A stretch of DNA of 64,000 nt from Syntrophorhabdaceae bacterium (GCA_963665295.1 OY762209.1:2240001-2304000), one strand, 5' to 3'. Shown: positions 20,117 to 31,169, numbered from the stretch's first letter. The notes: generated by a model not told the origin, from the letters alone. Numbers and translations are program-made.

Positions 20117-21403
20117 TCAGAACCGGTACCGAAGGGAGCACTGCGCCGCATGGAGATAAGAGTTACGGTATTCGCCTGCCACCGTGCCCGAGAGTGGCCC
20201 CCTGTTCTGGTAAAGGTTGAGAGTGCCTATCCATACCAGTTCATAGGCAAAACCCAGAGAGAGGTGCTCGTTCAAGCCATACTGGGTGCCTATCCCGAAG
20301 CGATACGCCTCCCCCATGGGTACGCTCGCAGTCATATCAGCGCCTTTCACTGCCGAACTGTCATAGGCTGCCCCGAAAAAGAGAAGCCAGGGTTTATCTA
20401 TGAGATACTGTCCTCCCAGGGCGAAGTGCCACGTATCCTTGTAGCTGAGGTCCGTGGTGAGGCTCGTCTGGGAGGCGGAAGAGACGGACACGTCCACTTT
20501 CCCGAACCTCGACCACTGCTGCCAGCCCACATTGCCCATGAACGCCCACCGGTCGTTCAGCTCATGAAAGAAACTGAACATGCCCATCTGGGGGACCCAC
20601 ATGGTCATGTCCACGCTTGCACCCAGGAGGCCCCTGGCCCTCAGGATGGCGTTAAGGAAGGGGCCGGTCCCGTTGAACGTCGGCGTATCCTTAAAGTCAA
20701 GCTTCACCTCCGAGAGGTAGTTGATTCCGAAACGGGTTCTCTTGCCGACCTCGTACAGAAGACCGAGATTTGCGCCATATCCCCAGGTGTTGTCGCTTAC
20801 CTTCAACTGTCCATCCGGCATACCGGGGGCAACATTATTGAGGGCAACCTTCTGCTCCATAGATGCATTCATCATGTTGAGGCCCGCCCCGAGGGATAAC
20901 CGGTCCGTTACCTTGTAGGCAAGTGATGGCTGAACGGTCAGGCCCTGGAGTGTTGCGCTCTGGACAAAGTAGCGTCCCGCCCAGCTGTCACCGTAATCGA
21001 GGCTGAGACCGAAATAACTCAACACCCCTATACCCGCCTTCCAGTCTTCCGAAAGGCTGTGCACATAGTACATATTGCCCGAAGGCAGCCACGCCTTTGT
21101 GTCCCCCGTCGTTCCCGCGACGGTTGTCCGGGAATCGGACGAAAATTTCAAACCCGTGTAAATGCCCTGTACGCCCATAAGGAATTCCGACTTCTTGAGC
21201 CGTGTCATGCCTGCAGGGTTGGTAAAAACCGTGGAGGCGTCGTCGGCCCGTGATGCCCACCCCGCGGCAGCCGTTCCTATTTGAGTGACGCCCACCTCAT
21301 ACATCCCGATGCCACCGGCATTGCCGATGCAGGGGAATATGAGACCACCTGCAAGTACGAAAATAAAAACCTTCAATATACATGTTTTCCTGCTCACTCG
21401 CAC
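20117..21403 (-). CDS. OmpP1/FadL-family outer membrane transporter
   Basis: DAST.F.NPAGM hatch motif, beta-barrel pattern, C-terminal YRF. Confidence 0.9.
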   Translation of the reverse strand: MRVSRKTCILKVFIFVLAGGLIFPCIGNAGGIGMYEVGVTQIGTAAAGWASRADDASTVFTNPAGMTRLKKSEFLMGVQGIYTGLKFSSDSRTTVAGTTGDTKAWLPSGNMYYVHSLSEDWKAGIGVLSYFGLSLDYGDSWAGRYFVQSATLQGLTVQPSLAYKVTDRLSLGAGLNMMNASMEQKVALNNVAPGMPDGQLKVSDNTWGYGANLGLLYEVGKRTRFGINYLSEVKLDFKDTPTFNGTGPFLNAILRARGLLGASVDMTMWVPQMGMFSFFHELNDRWAFMGNVGWQQWSRFGKVDVSVSSASQTSLTTDLSYKDTWHFALGGQYLIDKPWLLFFGAAYDSSAVKGADMTASVPMGEAYRFGIGTQYGLNEHLSLGFAYELVWIGTLNLYQNRGPLSGTVAGEYRNSYLHAAQCSLRYRF

Positions 21404-21457
21404 CTCCGTTCATAGCCCATAAAGTAATACCCCTGAGACTGTTTTCCGGACCCTGCC

Positions 21458-21760
21458 CTACCGGTTTCTCAGAAATTCCACATCAAAGGTCCGCCACTCT
21501 ACCGCCTGGAAACAGGCCCCCATTAATCGATCAATGCGAGAGTCATAGATAAATACTTCGACCCCGGGTAATTAAGGTCGCGCGGCTCCCGCACCACGTT
21601 GAGCCTTCTTTCCCTGGTCTGCGCCCGGCCATGGAACACGTTGATAGGCTTCGGATTGAAATAGGCCGCTTTCACTCTGCCATCTTCCCCTATCTCCTTC
21701 AAGTCAAGAATATATCCGCCGTCGGGTCGAATCCATTTTCCCGTCAGGACTTGAAAACCA
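21458..21760 (-). pseudogene. Frameshifted fragment of a conserved hypothetical protein seen in sulfatase clusters
   Basis: Manual translation GKWIRPDGGYILDLKEIGEDGRVKAAYFNPKPINV...DLNYPGSKY / YD...FQAVEWRTFDVEFLRNR* across a frameshift; no start. Confidence 0.6.
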
Positions 21761-21789
21761 GCATATTGAGATGGGCGTGAATATTCCTT

Positions 21790-21988
21790 GCTTCCTTATG
21801 GGGCACTTCTCATGAGCGTTGAAAAGCACCTGTTTCCCGAGATAGAAACAGCACTCGCAGTCGGGGTTGCCCATGGGCCCTATGGGCTTCGCCACAACGT
21901 GGATGCCCGGCATCGCGCTTTTTGGTGCCCTGTCGGCCTGCCTCTCCTTCACGTCTGTAAGCACCCGGCAATAACCTTCCTTATTCAA
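21790..21988 (-). pseudogene. N-terminal remnant of anaerobic sulfatase maturase (radical SAM)
   Basis: HVVAKPIGPMGNPDCECCFYLGK matches anSME KPxGxxCNLxCxYCFYL with the first Cys lost; truncated soon after. Confidence 0.7.
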
Positions 21989-23492
21989 CTTGTTCTATCT
22001 CCCCCGGCCGCCAGGTCTTGTCGAACCACGGCTCCAACGGGCTATAGAGGCGGAGGATCGTGTTCCATCCCTTGCCGGGGACGGTTTGAATCCAGTTGGC
22101 CTTCCGCCCCGGGGCCTTCGGGCCAAAGTAGATGTCCACGGACCTATCCGCATTGACCACAAGATTCTTGTCCTGACTGCCGATGCTCGGGAACTGTTGG
22201 TCGGTCTGCACCATCGAACGCGCCTGATCATCGTAAACGATCACGGACCAGAAGTTCCCCACCGGGATATCAGGCGGCAGATGCAGCTTATAAGTCTTGC
22301 TTCCGTTCAGGGGGGCGCCCTTCGAATCCATGACCGCCCAGGCATACTGTGAGCCCTGTCCGACCATTTTCTGCTCCATCGCCGGTGTCACACCGGTGGC
22401 GGCGAAGTAATACATGATATAGCCGTCGAAGTTCGTTACGCCGGGCTGTGCCTCAAACTTGTAGCCTCCCAGGAAAGGCAGGCGCCAAGCGCTGTTCTCG
22501 TAGTAGAAATCTTCCTTTTGACGCATCCGGTATGCCACTGCGCGGGCTGTTGCGTCGCCCACCGCCGCGGCTTCAGTGAGGATCTTCTTCATTCGGGCGC
22601 CGGGCGAGAAGGGTTTGCCCTTCTCGATACCTATGGAGGCGTAGAAACCCAGCCGAATGGGATCGAGGGACTCGCTCGGTTCCTCCTGTACAACCTGGTT
22701 GAGAAGCCCCCAGAAGGCATAATCCGCCGGCGCAACCGTGCAGAACGCTTTGCCCGATACATTCACGAAGTTCATGGCCGGAGGGTTGGCGGCTTCGGAC
22801 AGGCGATAGACGCGGGTATATTTCTTTACCAGGTCAACGCCCGGCTTCGTATCCCCGTTCATTACAAAGCTGCGCCAGGGGGCCCAGAGGCTGAAGGTGG
22901 GCGACTTCACCACGAAATAGCCTTTCGGGACCTCGCCTTTGTAGCCGGGGGGCAGGACGAGGAACTTGCCGCCCGCGCCTTTGTCAGGACCTGTGAATCC
23001 GATATCGGCGACCCACCGGAACCACATATCGTTGAGGGCTCCGAGCACCTTCGGCGGCGCTTCGAGCACTACCGGACCGCTTCTCAGGTCAAGCCACATC
23101 CAGGTGTAGGGTGTTTCCGTATTCGGAGTAAGGAATATCGACCGTGAATCCATCCGGTTCTCGAAGATCGGCACGGTAGTGTTGGCCGGGCCCAGCTTGA
23201 GGATCTCATTGCGGTTCGCTGCCTGACTTACGGCCGGCAAAGCCAGGAGGTAGGCCTGCACCGCCCGCTGGAAATCAAGGTTGTCGTAAAGTTTATCCAC
23301 AGTAGCGCTGTCCGGGAATCCGTCGAAAAAGTTCAGCGTGCCGAGGCGGGTCTCCACCTTGTCCGGCGAGGCTATGCCCGGCGGCAGAGGGGTGGTCATC
23401 TTCATTTTCGGCGGCTCTGTCCAACCCGGCACGGCAATGCCGGTCAAGATTAAAGTCATGACAGCCACACTCAGCATCCATGCTCTTTTCAT
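21981..23492 (-). CDS. DUF1254/DUF1214 exported protein
   Basis: LDFQRAVQAYL, TPNTETPY, GPDKGAGGKFL, FWSVIVYD, LRLYSP. Confidence 0.85.
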   Translation of the reverse strand: MKRAWMLSVAVMTLILTGIAVPGWTEPPKMKMTTPLPPGIASPDKVETRLGTLNFFDGFPDSATVDKLYDNLDFQRAVQAYLLALPAVSQAANRNEILKLGPANTTVPIFENRMDSRSIFLTPNTETPYTWMWLDLRSGPVVLEAPPKVLGALNDMWFRWVADIGFTGPDKGAGGKFLVLPPGYKGEVPKGYFVVKSPTFSLWAPWRSFVMNGDTKPGVDLVKKYTRVYRLSEAANPPAMNFVNVSGKAFCTVAPADYAFWGLLNQVVQEEPSESLDPIRLGFYASIGIEKGKPFSPGARMKKILTEAAAVGDATARAVAYRMRQKEDFYYENSAWRLPFLGGYKFEAQPGVTNFDGYIMYYFAATGVTPAMEQKMVGQGSQYAWAVMDSKGAPLNGSKTYKLHLPPDIPVGNFWSVIVYDDQARSMVQTDQQFPSIGSQDKNLVVNADRSVDIYFGPKAPGRKANWIQTVPGKGWNTILRLYSPLEPWFDKTWRPGEIEQVE

Positions 23493-23532
23493 TCGGCTCT
23501 TCTCCTTTCTCTTCCGGCTCGTCGCCTATGGC

Positions 23533-25956
23533 TCAATCTGCCATCGCCTTCTTATGGGCGGCTTCCGCGCGGAGTTTGGTCTCCTCTGCTTTCTCGGCCT
23601 TCTTCGTTTCCCCGATGTCGATGGTGACCTTGGTGATTTTGCCGGTAAATCTATAGGGCGCGGGAATTCCGTAGTTCTCGACGACAGGTGTTTCGTCGTC
23701 CATGCCTACATCAGCGCCTTCATCAGCGGAAAATATCATGGGCTGTGTTCGTTCAATCCGCCCCTGTGCGACCTTTTTGCCGTTAACAAGAATGGTCCCC
23801 ACGCCGCCTTTGCCGAGGCCTCCGCCGTCGTATGCGAATTCATAACGGATCGTTGCTTTTCCCGCAGGTAGAGGGGCGTTGGCGGCGACGGTCTGGCGCT
23901 TCAACCCGAGGAAATTATAGGTGTAGGTGGGTTTGCCGTCCTTCAGGTAGAGACTCCAGCCTCCGAACCGTCCTGCCTGGGCAAGGATTACACCTCTGGC
24001 CCCGCCTTTGGGAATCGTGACCTCGGCGGTGATTGAGTGGGAACGGTTTTTCGTGTTGATGAAAGTGTTTTCGGACATCCCTGCCATGCCCGCGAAGACG
24101 GTGAGTTTTGTACGCCCTGCCATGAGATCGGGTCGCCCGACCAGGGCCGCATTGATGCGCTCGAATACCCGGTCATCGATGGGCAGGACGGTGTACTTCA
24201 CTGCTTCGGCCATAAATATATCCTGCATTTCTTTGAGCTTGTCGGGGTTTTCTTTCGCCAGGTCGTTAGCGAGGCTGAAGTCGGTCCGTGTATCATAGAG
24301 TTCCCACCTATCTTTCAAAAGGGTGGTCCGGGGCTCGCGCTCCCACGCTGCCCGGTGAATGGTGCCGGCAAACCATCCGTCCTGATAGAGGGCGCGGTTT
24401 CCGAAGATCTCGAAGTACTGGGTCAGGTGGCGGTCTTTGGCCTTCGCATCATTGAAGGAATAGAGCATACTGACTCCTTCGATGGGGGTCTGGGGGACGC
24501 CGTTTATCACCTTCGGTTGGGGCAGACCCGCTGCTTCCAGGATCGTGGGGGCAATGTCGATTACGTGGCGCCACTGCGAACGAAGCTCTCCACGTGTTTT
24601 TACCGACTTGGGCCAATGAACGACCAGCCCGTTCCTTGTTCCGCCATAGTTCGACGCTACCTGTTTTGTCCAGGTAAAGGGCGCATCCCCTGCCACGGCC
24701 CACCCCGCCGCATAATGACCGTATGTGGCCGGACCGCCCAGCTGATCATAATGCTTCAGGATGTCCGCCACCTTTTCTTCCACTCCGTTGAAGTAGGTCA
24801 TCTCGTTAAACATGCCGTTCATTCCGCCTTCGGCGCTTGCCCCATTGTCCCCGAGGATATAGAAGATCAGAGTGTTGTCAAGCTGACCCATGGCTGCCAC
24901 GGCATCGACGAGGCGGCCGATCTCGGTATCGGCGTACTCGCCGAAACCTGCGTAAATCTCCATCTGGCGGGTAAAGAGCCTCTTCTCGTCGGCGCTGAGC
25001 TGATCCCAGTCCTTGATGGCCCGGGGCTTGGGCGCGAGTTTTGTGCCCTCGGGCACCACACCCAGTTTGATCTGGCGGGAAAGGGTATCTTCCCGCAGTT
25101 TGTCCCACCCCTGGTCGAACTTACCTTTGTACTTGGCAATCCAGGACTTGGGCACATGGTGCGGCGCATGGGTCGCTCCCGGCGCGAAGTAGATAAAGAA
25201 GGGCCTGTCCGGCGTAAGAGATTTCACGGATTGCATCCAGCCGATCGCCTGATTCGTCATGTCGGTCATGAAGTGATAGTTCGGGTCTTTCGGCACCTCG
25301 ATCTTGGTCATGCCGTCGTAGATTGCGGGCGCCCACTGGTTGGTTTCTCCGCCCATGAAGCCGTAGAATTTGTCGAAACCGCTACGGGTAGGCCAACGGT
25401 CCGTAGGCCCTGAAGGGCTGACTTCCCAGGCAGCAGTCTCATGGTTCTTCCCGAACGCCGCAGTTGTGTAGCCATTATACCGCAGCATCATAGCTAAGGG
25501 CGCCACGCTTTCGGGGCGTTGCCCCGTGTATCCCGGGAAGGCCGTTGAGGTCTCCATGATCGAACCTGTATTATTCATGTGATGGTTGCGCCCCGTGAGA
25601 AGGGCCGCCCTGGTGGGTGAACTGAGGGCAGTGGTATGGAACCTGTTATACTTCAGGCCGTTTTGGGCAAGACGCTCCGCGGTCGGCATGTTGATCGGAC
25701 CGCCAAAGGCGCTCGGCTGGCCGAAACCCATGTCGTCGATAAGGATAATGAGTATGTTCGGGGCGCCGGCAGGCGCTTTCACCTCGAACCGCGGCGGTGG
25801 CGTGGCGTTCCGGACGTCAAGGACGGTACTGTGAGGATATTGGGGTTCGGGAATCGGTAGCGATGTGCGGTCCGGTCCCGCCTGAGCCGCCCCTGTTGCC
25901 GCGCAGACGGCGGTGAGAATAATGGTCATCCCCGCATGTGTCATGCTGCTCTTCAT
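23533..25956 (-). CDS. Arylsulfatase (Ser-type S1 sulfatase)
   Basis: DDMGF, TTALSSPTRAALLTG, GKNH, HAPH, GDNG; signal peptide. Confidence 0.92.
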   Translation of the reverse strand: MKSSMTHAGMTIILTAVCAATGAAQAGPDRTSLPIPEPQYPHSTVLDVRNATPPPRFEVKAPAGAPNILIILIDDMGFGQPSAFGGPINMPTAERLAQNGLKYNRFHTTALSSPTRAALLTGRNHHMNNTGSIMETSTAFPGYTGQRPESVAPLAMMLRYNGYTTAAFGKNHETAAWEVSPSGPTDRWPTRSGFDKFYGFMGGETNQWAPAIYDGMTKIEVPKDPNYHFMTDMTNQAIGWMQSVKSLTPDRPFFIYFAPGATHAPHHVPKSWIAKYKGKFDQGWDKLREDTLSRQIKLGVVPEGTKLAPKPRAIKDWDQLSADEKRLFTRQMEIYAGFGEYADTEIGRLVDAVAAMGQLDNTLIFYILGDNGASAEGGMNGMFNEMTYFNGVEEKVADILKHYDQLGGPATYGHYAAGWAVAGDAPFTWTKQVASNYGGTRNGLVVHWPKSVKTRGELRSQWRHVIDIAPTILEAAGLPQPKVINGVPQTPIEGVSMLYSFNDAKAKDRHLTQYFEIFGNRALYQDGWFAGTIHRAAWEREPRTTLLKDRWELYDTRTDFSLANDLAKENPDKLKEMQDIFMAEAVKYTVLPIDDRVFERINAALVGRPDLMAGRTKLTVFAGMAGMSENTFINTKNRSHSITAEVTIPKGGARGVILAQAGRFGGWSLYLKDGKPTYTYNFLGLKRQTVAANAPLPAGKATIRYEFAYDGGGLGKGGVGTILVNGKKVAQGRIERTQPMIFSADEGADVGMDDETPVVENYGIPAPYRFTGKITKVTIDIGETKKAEKAEETKLRAEAAHKKAMAD

Positions 25957-26041
25957 GATTTTTCTCCGTGTGATTGTGTCGCTCTTTATTTTCTAATGTC
26001 TTTTCATGTCATCGGCAATGTTTGAGGTTGATTTTGTCAAT

Positions 26042-26455
26042 CTATTCCCCTTTGTCGCCCGAAATGGCCCACAGGATGGCGTCGAGGAGCGCCTGATCAT
26101 CGACAGGTTTTCGGAAGAAACCCTCCGCGCCCAGTTGACGTGCATGTTCACGGACGTGTGCGTCATCGCTGGCAGAAACCACAATGACAGGTATCTTTTC
26201 TCCTCTTGCTGCCAGTTCCTGCTGGAGATCGAAGCCTGTGCCGCCTGGCATATTGATGTCCATGAGAATGCACGCGTTTTTCCGCTCTTTCGGTTCCCTG
26301 AGGAAATCTTTTACTGATGAGAATGTTTCCGCTGCGAGGCCGGCCGACCTGAGAAGCCTCCCGAAGGCTTTTCGGACCGATTCGTCGTCGTCGATGACAT
26401 AGATGATGTTCTTTGACAATGGACCCTCCGCCCTTGGCTCGACTTTACCGATCAA
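26042..26455 (-). CDS. Single-domain response regulator
   Basis: YVIDDD, DINMP, FFRKP. Confidence 0.85.
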   Translation of the reverse strand: MIGKVEPRAEGPLSKNIIYVIDDDESVRKAFGRLLRSAGLAAETFSSVKDFLREPKERKNACILMDINMPGGTGFDLQQELAARGEKIPVIVVSASDDAHVREHARQLGAEGFFRKPVDDQALLDAILWAISGDKGE

Positions 26456-26512
26456 TGGAAGCGCCGTAACCGATTTTGTAATCAGAATAATAACGAAGAT
26501 AGGTAAGAGTTT

Positions 26513-26534
26513 CTATAGGACTTTAGTCCTATAG
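26513..26534. promoter_or_regulatory. Palindromic operator, candidate site for the FixJ-like regulator
   Basis: CTATAGGACT-TT-AGTCCTATAG; second copy TAGGACTTTGGTCCTA at 31350-31365. Confidence 0.55.
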
Positions 26535-27164
26535 GGGCCGGCGTGTCGGCTCGATGCCGGCTTTACCGGCGAGGCGGACCAGATCTGCAATCGAGTCGAC
26601 GCGAAGTTTCTCCATGATGTTGTGGCGATGGATCTTAACGGTTTTTTCCGCAATGTTCAGTTTATAGGCAATCTGTTTATTCAACATGCCGGCGATGACG
26701 CAAGGGAGGATTTCCCGTTCTCTCGGAGTGAGTTGTTCCATACGCTTTCGGATGTCGTAGGTTTCAGCACGCCCTTGCCTTATTTCTCTATCCTTTTCAA
26801 GGGCCGCCTTTACCGCTTCCAACATGTCTTTGTCGTCAAAGGGCTTGGTAAGGAAATCGACTGCGCCCCTTTTCATGGCCTGCACGCTCGTGGGAATATC
26901 GCCGTGACCGGTAATGAATATTATGGGCATGGAGTAATCTATCCCGGCAAGGGCTTTCTGTAGATCCAACCCGCTCAAACCCGGCATCTGCACGTCGAGA
27001 ACGATGCAGCCCGTTCCGTCGAAGTTGTCCCTTTCCATAAACTCGCCCGCAGAAGCGAAGGTCTCTACGGCGAACCCCATAGAGTTAAGAAGCCTGGAGA
27101 GGCTCTTGCGGATAGAAATGTTATCGTCGATAACGAAAATGGTGGGTTTCTCTCCGGTTGTCAC
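26529..27164 (-). CDS. FixJ-like response regulator (REC + LuxR HTH)
   Basis: DVQMPG, GHGDIP..VQAMK.GA.DFL.KP, LTPRE...NKQIA...TVKIHR. Confidence 0.92.
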   Translation of the reverse strand: MTTGEKPTIFVIDDNISIRKSLSRLLNSMGFAVETFASAGEFMERDNFDGTGCIVLDVQMPGLSGLDLQKALAGIDYSMPIIFITGHGDIPTSVQAMKRGAVDFLTKPFDDKDMLEAVKAALEKDREIRQGRAETYDIRKRMEQLTPREREILPCVIAGMLNKQIAYKLNIAEKTVKIHRHNIMEKLRVDSIADLVRLAGKAGIEPTRRPL

Positions 27165-30079
27165 AGTCTCCCTCCTGGCGGCAGATCAAAATAGAACGTA
27201 GCGCCGCCTCCCGGATTATTTTCAACCCCGATGTGACCCCCATGGGCTTCGATGATGGAACGGCTGAGGGAAAGTCCCATGCCTAATCCGTTGGGCTTTG
27301 TGGTAAAAAAGGGATCAAATATGCTGTCAAGGTCTTTGGCATCTATGCCGGTCCCGAAGTCGCGGACAGTCACCTCCACTGCCCCGCCGGTGATTTTCCG
27401 CGCTCCCACCACGACTTTTCTGTTCTCCACCGAATCCTGTGGTATGGACTCCAGCGCATTGGTCATTAAATTGACCACCACCTGTTTTATCTGCACCTTG
27501 TCTATGCTGACCTCGGGTAATTCACGACCGAAATCAGTCTCGACTCTTATGTTCCGGATTATGGCCTCGCTGTTCAGGAGAGAGACGGCTTCATTGAGGA
27601 CGTGATCGACGGGAACCAGTTCCAGTCGTCCTTCGTCAGGTTTGACCATCGACCTCAAACTCCGTATGATATCGCCCGCCCTTTTATCGTCGTCGGCAAT
27701 GTCCTGCAATATTTCTCTCAGTTCCGCCGTATCAAGGGTGCCTGCGTCCAGAAACCGGACCGCGGCTCTGGCGTTGCTCAGGATTGACGTGAGAGGCTGA
27801 CTCAGTTCGTGGGCCAGAGAGGCGGTTAACTCCCCCATGCGAAGAAGCCGGTCCATGCGGAGCATTTCCCTCCGTTGGCCGAACACCTCCGCCTCCTCTT
27901 TTCTGCGTTCCGTAATGTCTTTAACCATATGAATAATCCGTGTTACATCCCCTGTGTCGTCAAATATCGGAGTTGCCGAGACGAGGAGCCACAGGCTCCG
28001 TTCTTCATCCCAGAACTTAACCTCCTCGTATCCTTTTGTTTTCATCATCGCAATGACGGGACACACCCTGACAGGCTTGCTTGTTCCGTGCATCAGGGAA
28101 TGGCAACTTTTGCCAAGAATGTCCTCCAGGGGGAGCTTCAGGAAGGCAAGGGTCGCGGCATTAACGTTGACAATCCCACAATCCCGGTCGAGAATCATCA
28201 CCATGTCCGGAATGGAGTCGAAAGTAACCTGCCATTCCCTCGCCGCCAGTCGGATCTTCTCTATCATCCGCTTTCGCTCGGTTATGTCCTTTCCAAAAAC
28301 AGAAATACCGAATACTTCTCCCGATCGCTTCAACAGGTTAAAAGAAAGGAGAAGAGTCCTGGTGCCGGAGCATACTGCATATTCCGTGGTGAAAGGTCCT
28401 TCTCGCAGGGCCCGCAGATAAAATTGACGCCATCTTTCCGCGACGGCTGGGGTGAACGCCCCCTCCACCATATCCTCCGGAGCCATGCCCGGTACAAGAT
28501 GGAGTCCGACACTGCCGAGAAAATAGTCCCTGAGGGCAGAATTGAAGGTAAGGAGACCGAACCTCCCCACATCCACGGACCAGATCATATCGTCCGTGCC
28601 CTCCACAAGCACTGCAACTGTGGACTGGGCCTCGGCAGCGACCTTTTCAGCCTCTTTGCGCTCGGTGATATCCATGGTCGCGCCCATCAGATGTTCCGGT
28701 ATCCCGGAAGCACTCAGGTATCCGCGGCCGCGGGAGCTCAGCCAACGAATACTGCCATCCCGACGGAAGATGCGGTATTCGTTAAGGTAACTCTCCCCCG
28801 AAATCAGAGATTGTTCCACGACGGAGCGGACTTTTTCCCGGTCGTCAGGGTGGCAAAGGGCGAAAACCTTATTTATGTCCACCTCTTCGTCGGCTTCGAA
28901 ACCAAACAGCTCCAGAGCCTTCTCCGTGGCCAGTATACGGCCCGTGTCGGCGTGTAAGACCCACAATCCCGCTCCCGCGGATGCCGCAGCCAGACTCAGG
29001 CGTTCCTCGCTTTCGCGCAAAGCCAGTTCAGACCGTTTCCGGGTCAGAGCGTTGCCGATTACCTGTGCCACAAGTTGCAGCCGTTTCACCAACTCCTCCG
29101 TCCATGGACGTTCTTCCCGCATCATACTGAAATTCAACGCGCCGACGAAGGGCTCGTTCCCTGCCGATAGGGGAAAGGTCAAAATGGACTTGACGCCATA
29201 GTAACGCCACATTTCGCGATCACGGTCCGCCTCGGGAGGTGCTTCTTCCGTGGAAATGGCAATTATCCGGTTCTCCGTCATTTGTTTCAGACTCCAGGGG
29301 AACATATCCTCGGCGCCGGCCCCCTCGGGGAGAGGAGGACCTTCCACGGGACGATGCAGGTGGGTTATAGCCAGGAAGGCCTTGTTCCCTGCCGTCCATT
29401 GCCAGAGGGTCGCAACGTCAAGGTCAAGGTGTTCACAGACCCTTTTCAGGGCGTCATCGATCTCCTCGTCTACCCGGTCGCCGGGGAGATTAACAAAGCG
29501 GCCCGAAAGGTCTGCGAGGAGGGTTTCGAACCGCAAACGCTTCTCCAACTCCAACCGGTCTCGTGCCCGTCCCATGGCGCTTGCGAATATCTTTCCCAAA
29601 AGGCCCAATCGCGGGATGTACTTGATGGGCCAGGCCCTTTCGCCCCGAACTGCATGGATGCCCATAATGGAATCGAGGCGTTCGTCAAGTACTATGGGTA
29701 TGTTGATGCCTGACCGGATGCCCCACTTCCCGAAACTTTCCACATCGGTTCCGGCCTCGGCGGGAAGGTCTTCGAGGGTCGTAAAAAATGAGGTCTCCCG
29801 CTCGTCCACGATCCTTTTGTAGGTCCATGGGAATAGGGAAATGGGGAGGTCGGTTCTGACGGGCAGAGGGGGGACCCCATCCGCAACAACGCCATGGGTG
29901 ATGTACCAGGAGTCATTGTCCGGTGAAACCTTTAAGAAACCGCAGCGATCAACCGAAAAAAATTCGAGCACGCGCCGCAACGCATGCTCAATCTCCTGGT
30001 CTACCTGGCCGGGAGAGACATCAACGAACCGGACTGAGATCTCCGACAGCAATTGTTCAAACCTGAGTTGCTCTTTCAT
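27161..30079 (-). CDS. GAF-GAF-PAS multi-sensor histidine kinase (FixL/TodS-like)
   Basis: LAHELSQPL, NLMTNA, DFGTG, FFTTK, GLGMGL; two GAF-like and several PAS segments. Confidence 0.9.
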   Translation of the reverse strand: MKEQLRFEQLLSEISVRFVDVSPGQVDQEIEHALRRVLEFFSVDRCGFLKVSPDNDSWYITHGVVADGVPPLPVRTDLPISLFPWTYKRIVDERETSFFTTLEDLPAEAGTDVESFGKWGIRSGINIPIVLDERLDSIMGIHAVRGERAWPIKYIPRLGLLGKIFASAMGRARDRLELEKRLRFETLLADLSGRFVNLPGDRVDEEIDDALKRVCEHLDLDVATLWQWTAGNKAFLAITHLHRPVEGPPLPEGAGAEDMFPWSLKQMTENRIIAISTEEAPPEADRDREMWRYYGVKSILTFPLSAGNEPFVGALNFSMMREERPWTEELVKRLQLVAQVIGNALTRKRSELALRESEERLSLAAASAGAGLWVLHADTGRILATEKALELFGFEADEEVDINKVFALCHPDDREKVRSVVEQSLISGESYLNEYRIFRRDGSIRWLSSRGRGYLSASGIPEHLMGATMDITERKEAEKVAAEAQSTVAVLVEGTDDMIWSVDVGRFGLLTFNSALRDYFLGSVGLHLVPGMAPEDMVEGAFTPAVAERWRQFYLRALREGPFTTEYAVCSGTRTLLLSFNLLKRSGEVFGISVFGKDITERKRMIEKIRLAAREWQVTFDSIPDMVMILDRDCGIVNVNAATLAFLKLPLEDILGKSCHSLMHGTSKPVRVCPVIAMMKTKGYEEVKFWDEERSLWLLVSATPIFDDTGDVTRIIHMVKDITERRKEEAEVFGQRREMLRMDRLLRMGELTASLAHELSQPLTSILSNARAAVRFLDAGTLDTAELREILQDIADDDKRAGDIIRSLRSMVKPDEGRLELVPVDHVLNEAVSLLNSEAIIRNIRVETDFGRELPEVSIDKVQIKQVVVNLMTNALESIPQDSVENRKVVVGARKITGGAVEVTVRDFGTGIDAKDLDSIFDPFFTTKPNGLGMGLSLSRSIIEAHGGHIGVENNPGGGATFYFDLPPGGRL

Positions 30080-30578
30080 TATAGCCTTTGTCGGCCTCCT
30101 GCGCGTTCTTCACAACCAGGACTCTGTCGTAATGACAGCCCTGCGAGCCGGCCGATAACCGGCCCGAGAGGGGATGATAACGGAATTATATTATCCGATG
30201 CCCCTACTCGTCAATATTACACTATGATTCGTTTCATTACGCTATTGAGGTTGAATGCCCGTCCCATGACCGGAATATGGGGGAAGGGGAAGGGGGCCAA
30301 CGAGGTTTTTGTCATTATTTCTGATGGGGGATTAACAATGCCGTTCTACTCGTCAATGGTTCACGGAAGATTTGTTCGCATGCCCGGACGGGCCGTAGAA
30401 TTCGGTTTCAACAGTGCGGTAATTCCCGTTCCGGATCCGGGGTGGGGCACGTTTACCGAGGCAGATGATGCGCAGATCAGCCTTTCGTATAGGCCGTTTC
30501 TTCGTCGGGCGCTATCCGGGCAGCACCCGGTTCTTCTATGAACCGGCGGGTTCGATCGATGCCCGCCTGCGCCTTCGC

Positions 30579-31169
30579 CTATGCAGGGGCGTGCGCGGTC
30601 TTTCGCGGGAAGACGAATTTTATCACAATGAGGAAAAAGCCGATCAAGAGGCTGCACACCCCCACCATAGCGGTGAAGAATTGCATCTCGGGAAGGAAAT
30701 AGGTCAATATCGCCCCGAATACGACTGCCACAATACCCATTACCGCTACGACCCTGTTCCACTCCGGCTCCTTGAGAAACCTTATGGCGAGAATCTGGAA
30801 CATTCCGGTGATCAGAAATCTTCCGATGATAAGGTAGGGAAGCAGAATACTTCCAGTATGAACGATCAGAGCGCCAAAGACCACGGGACCTATGAACGTC
30901 AGGCCGGCTATAACCAAAGAGGTAACGCCATCGGCCCTGAAAATCCAGTTTCCTCGGTTCTTCGCCCTGAAGCTGAAGACCAATGCGAGGAGGCCATCGA
31001 TGAAGGTAAAAAGGAAAAAGCTCAGTCCGAGGAAACCCTGATCCGACATGGCCCACTCGAGAACGGCGCAGCCGAACAAGAAAGACGTCGCCCCCCGAAA
31101 CAGGAAAAACTGATTGAAAATGTTCCCTCTCTTACCTGCTGTCGGCGCCATGCTCATTCTCCTTTCCAA
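30579..31169 (-). CDS. HdeD/DUF308-like membrane protein
   Basis: About six TM helices with FRG...LFG and FIDG patterns. Confidence 0.7.
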   Translation of the reverse strand: MERRMSMAPTAGKRGNIFNQFFLFRGATSFLFGCAVLEWAMSDQGFLGLSFFLFTFIDGLLALVFSFRAKNRGNWIFRADGVTSLVIAGLTFIGPVVFGALIVHTGSILLPYLIIGRFLITGMFQILAIRFLKEPEWNRVVAVMGIVAVVFGAILTYFLPEMQFFTAMVGVCSLLIGFFLIVIKFVFPRKTAHAPA

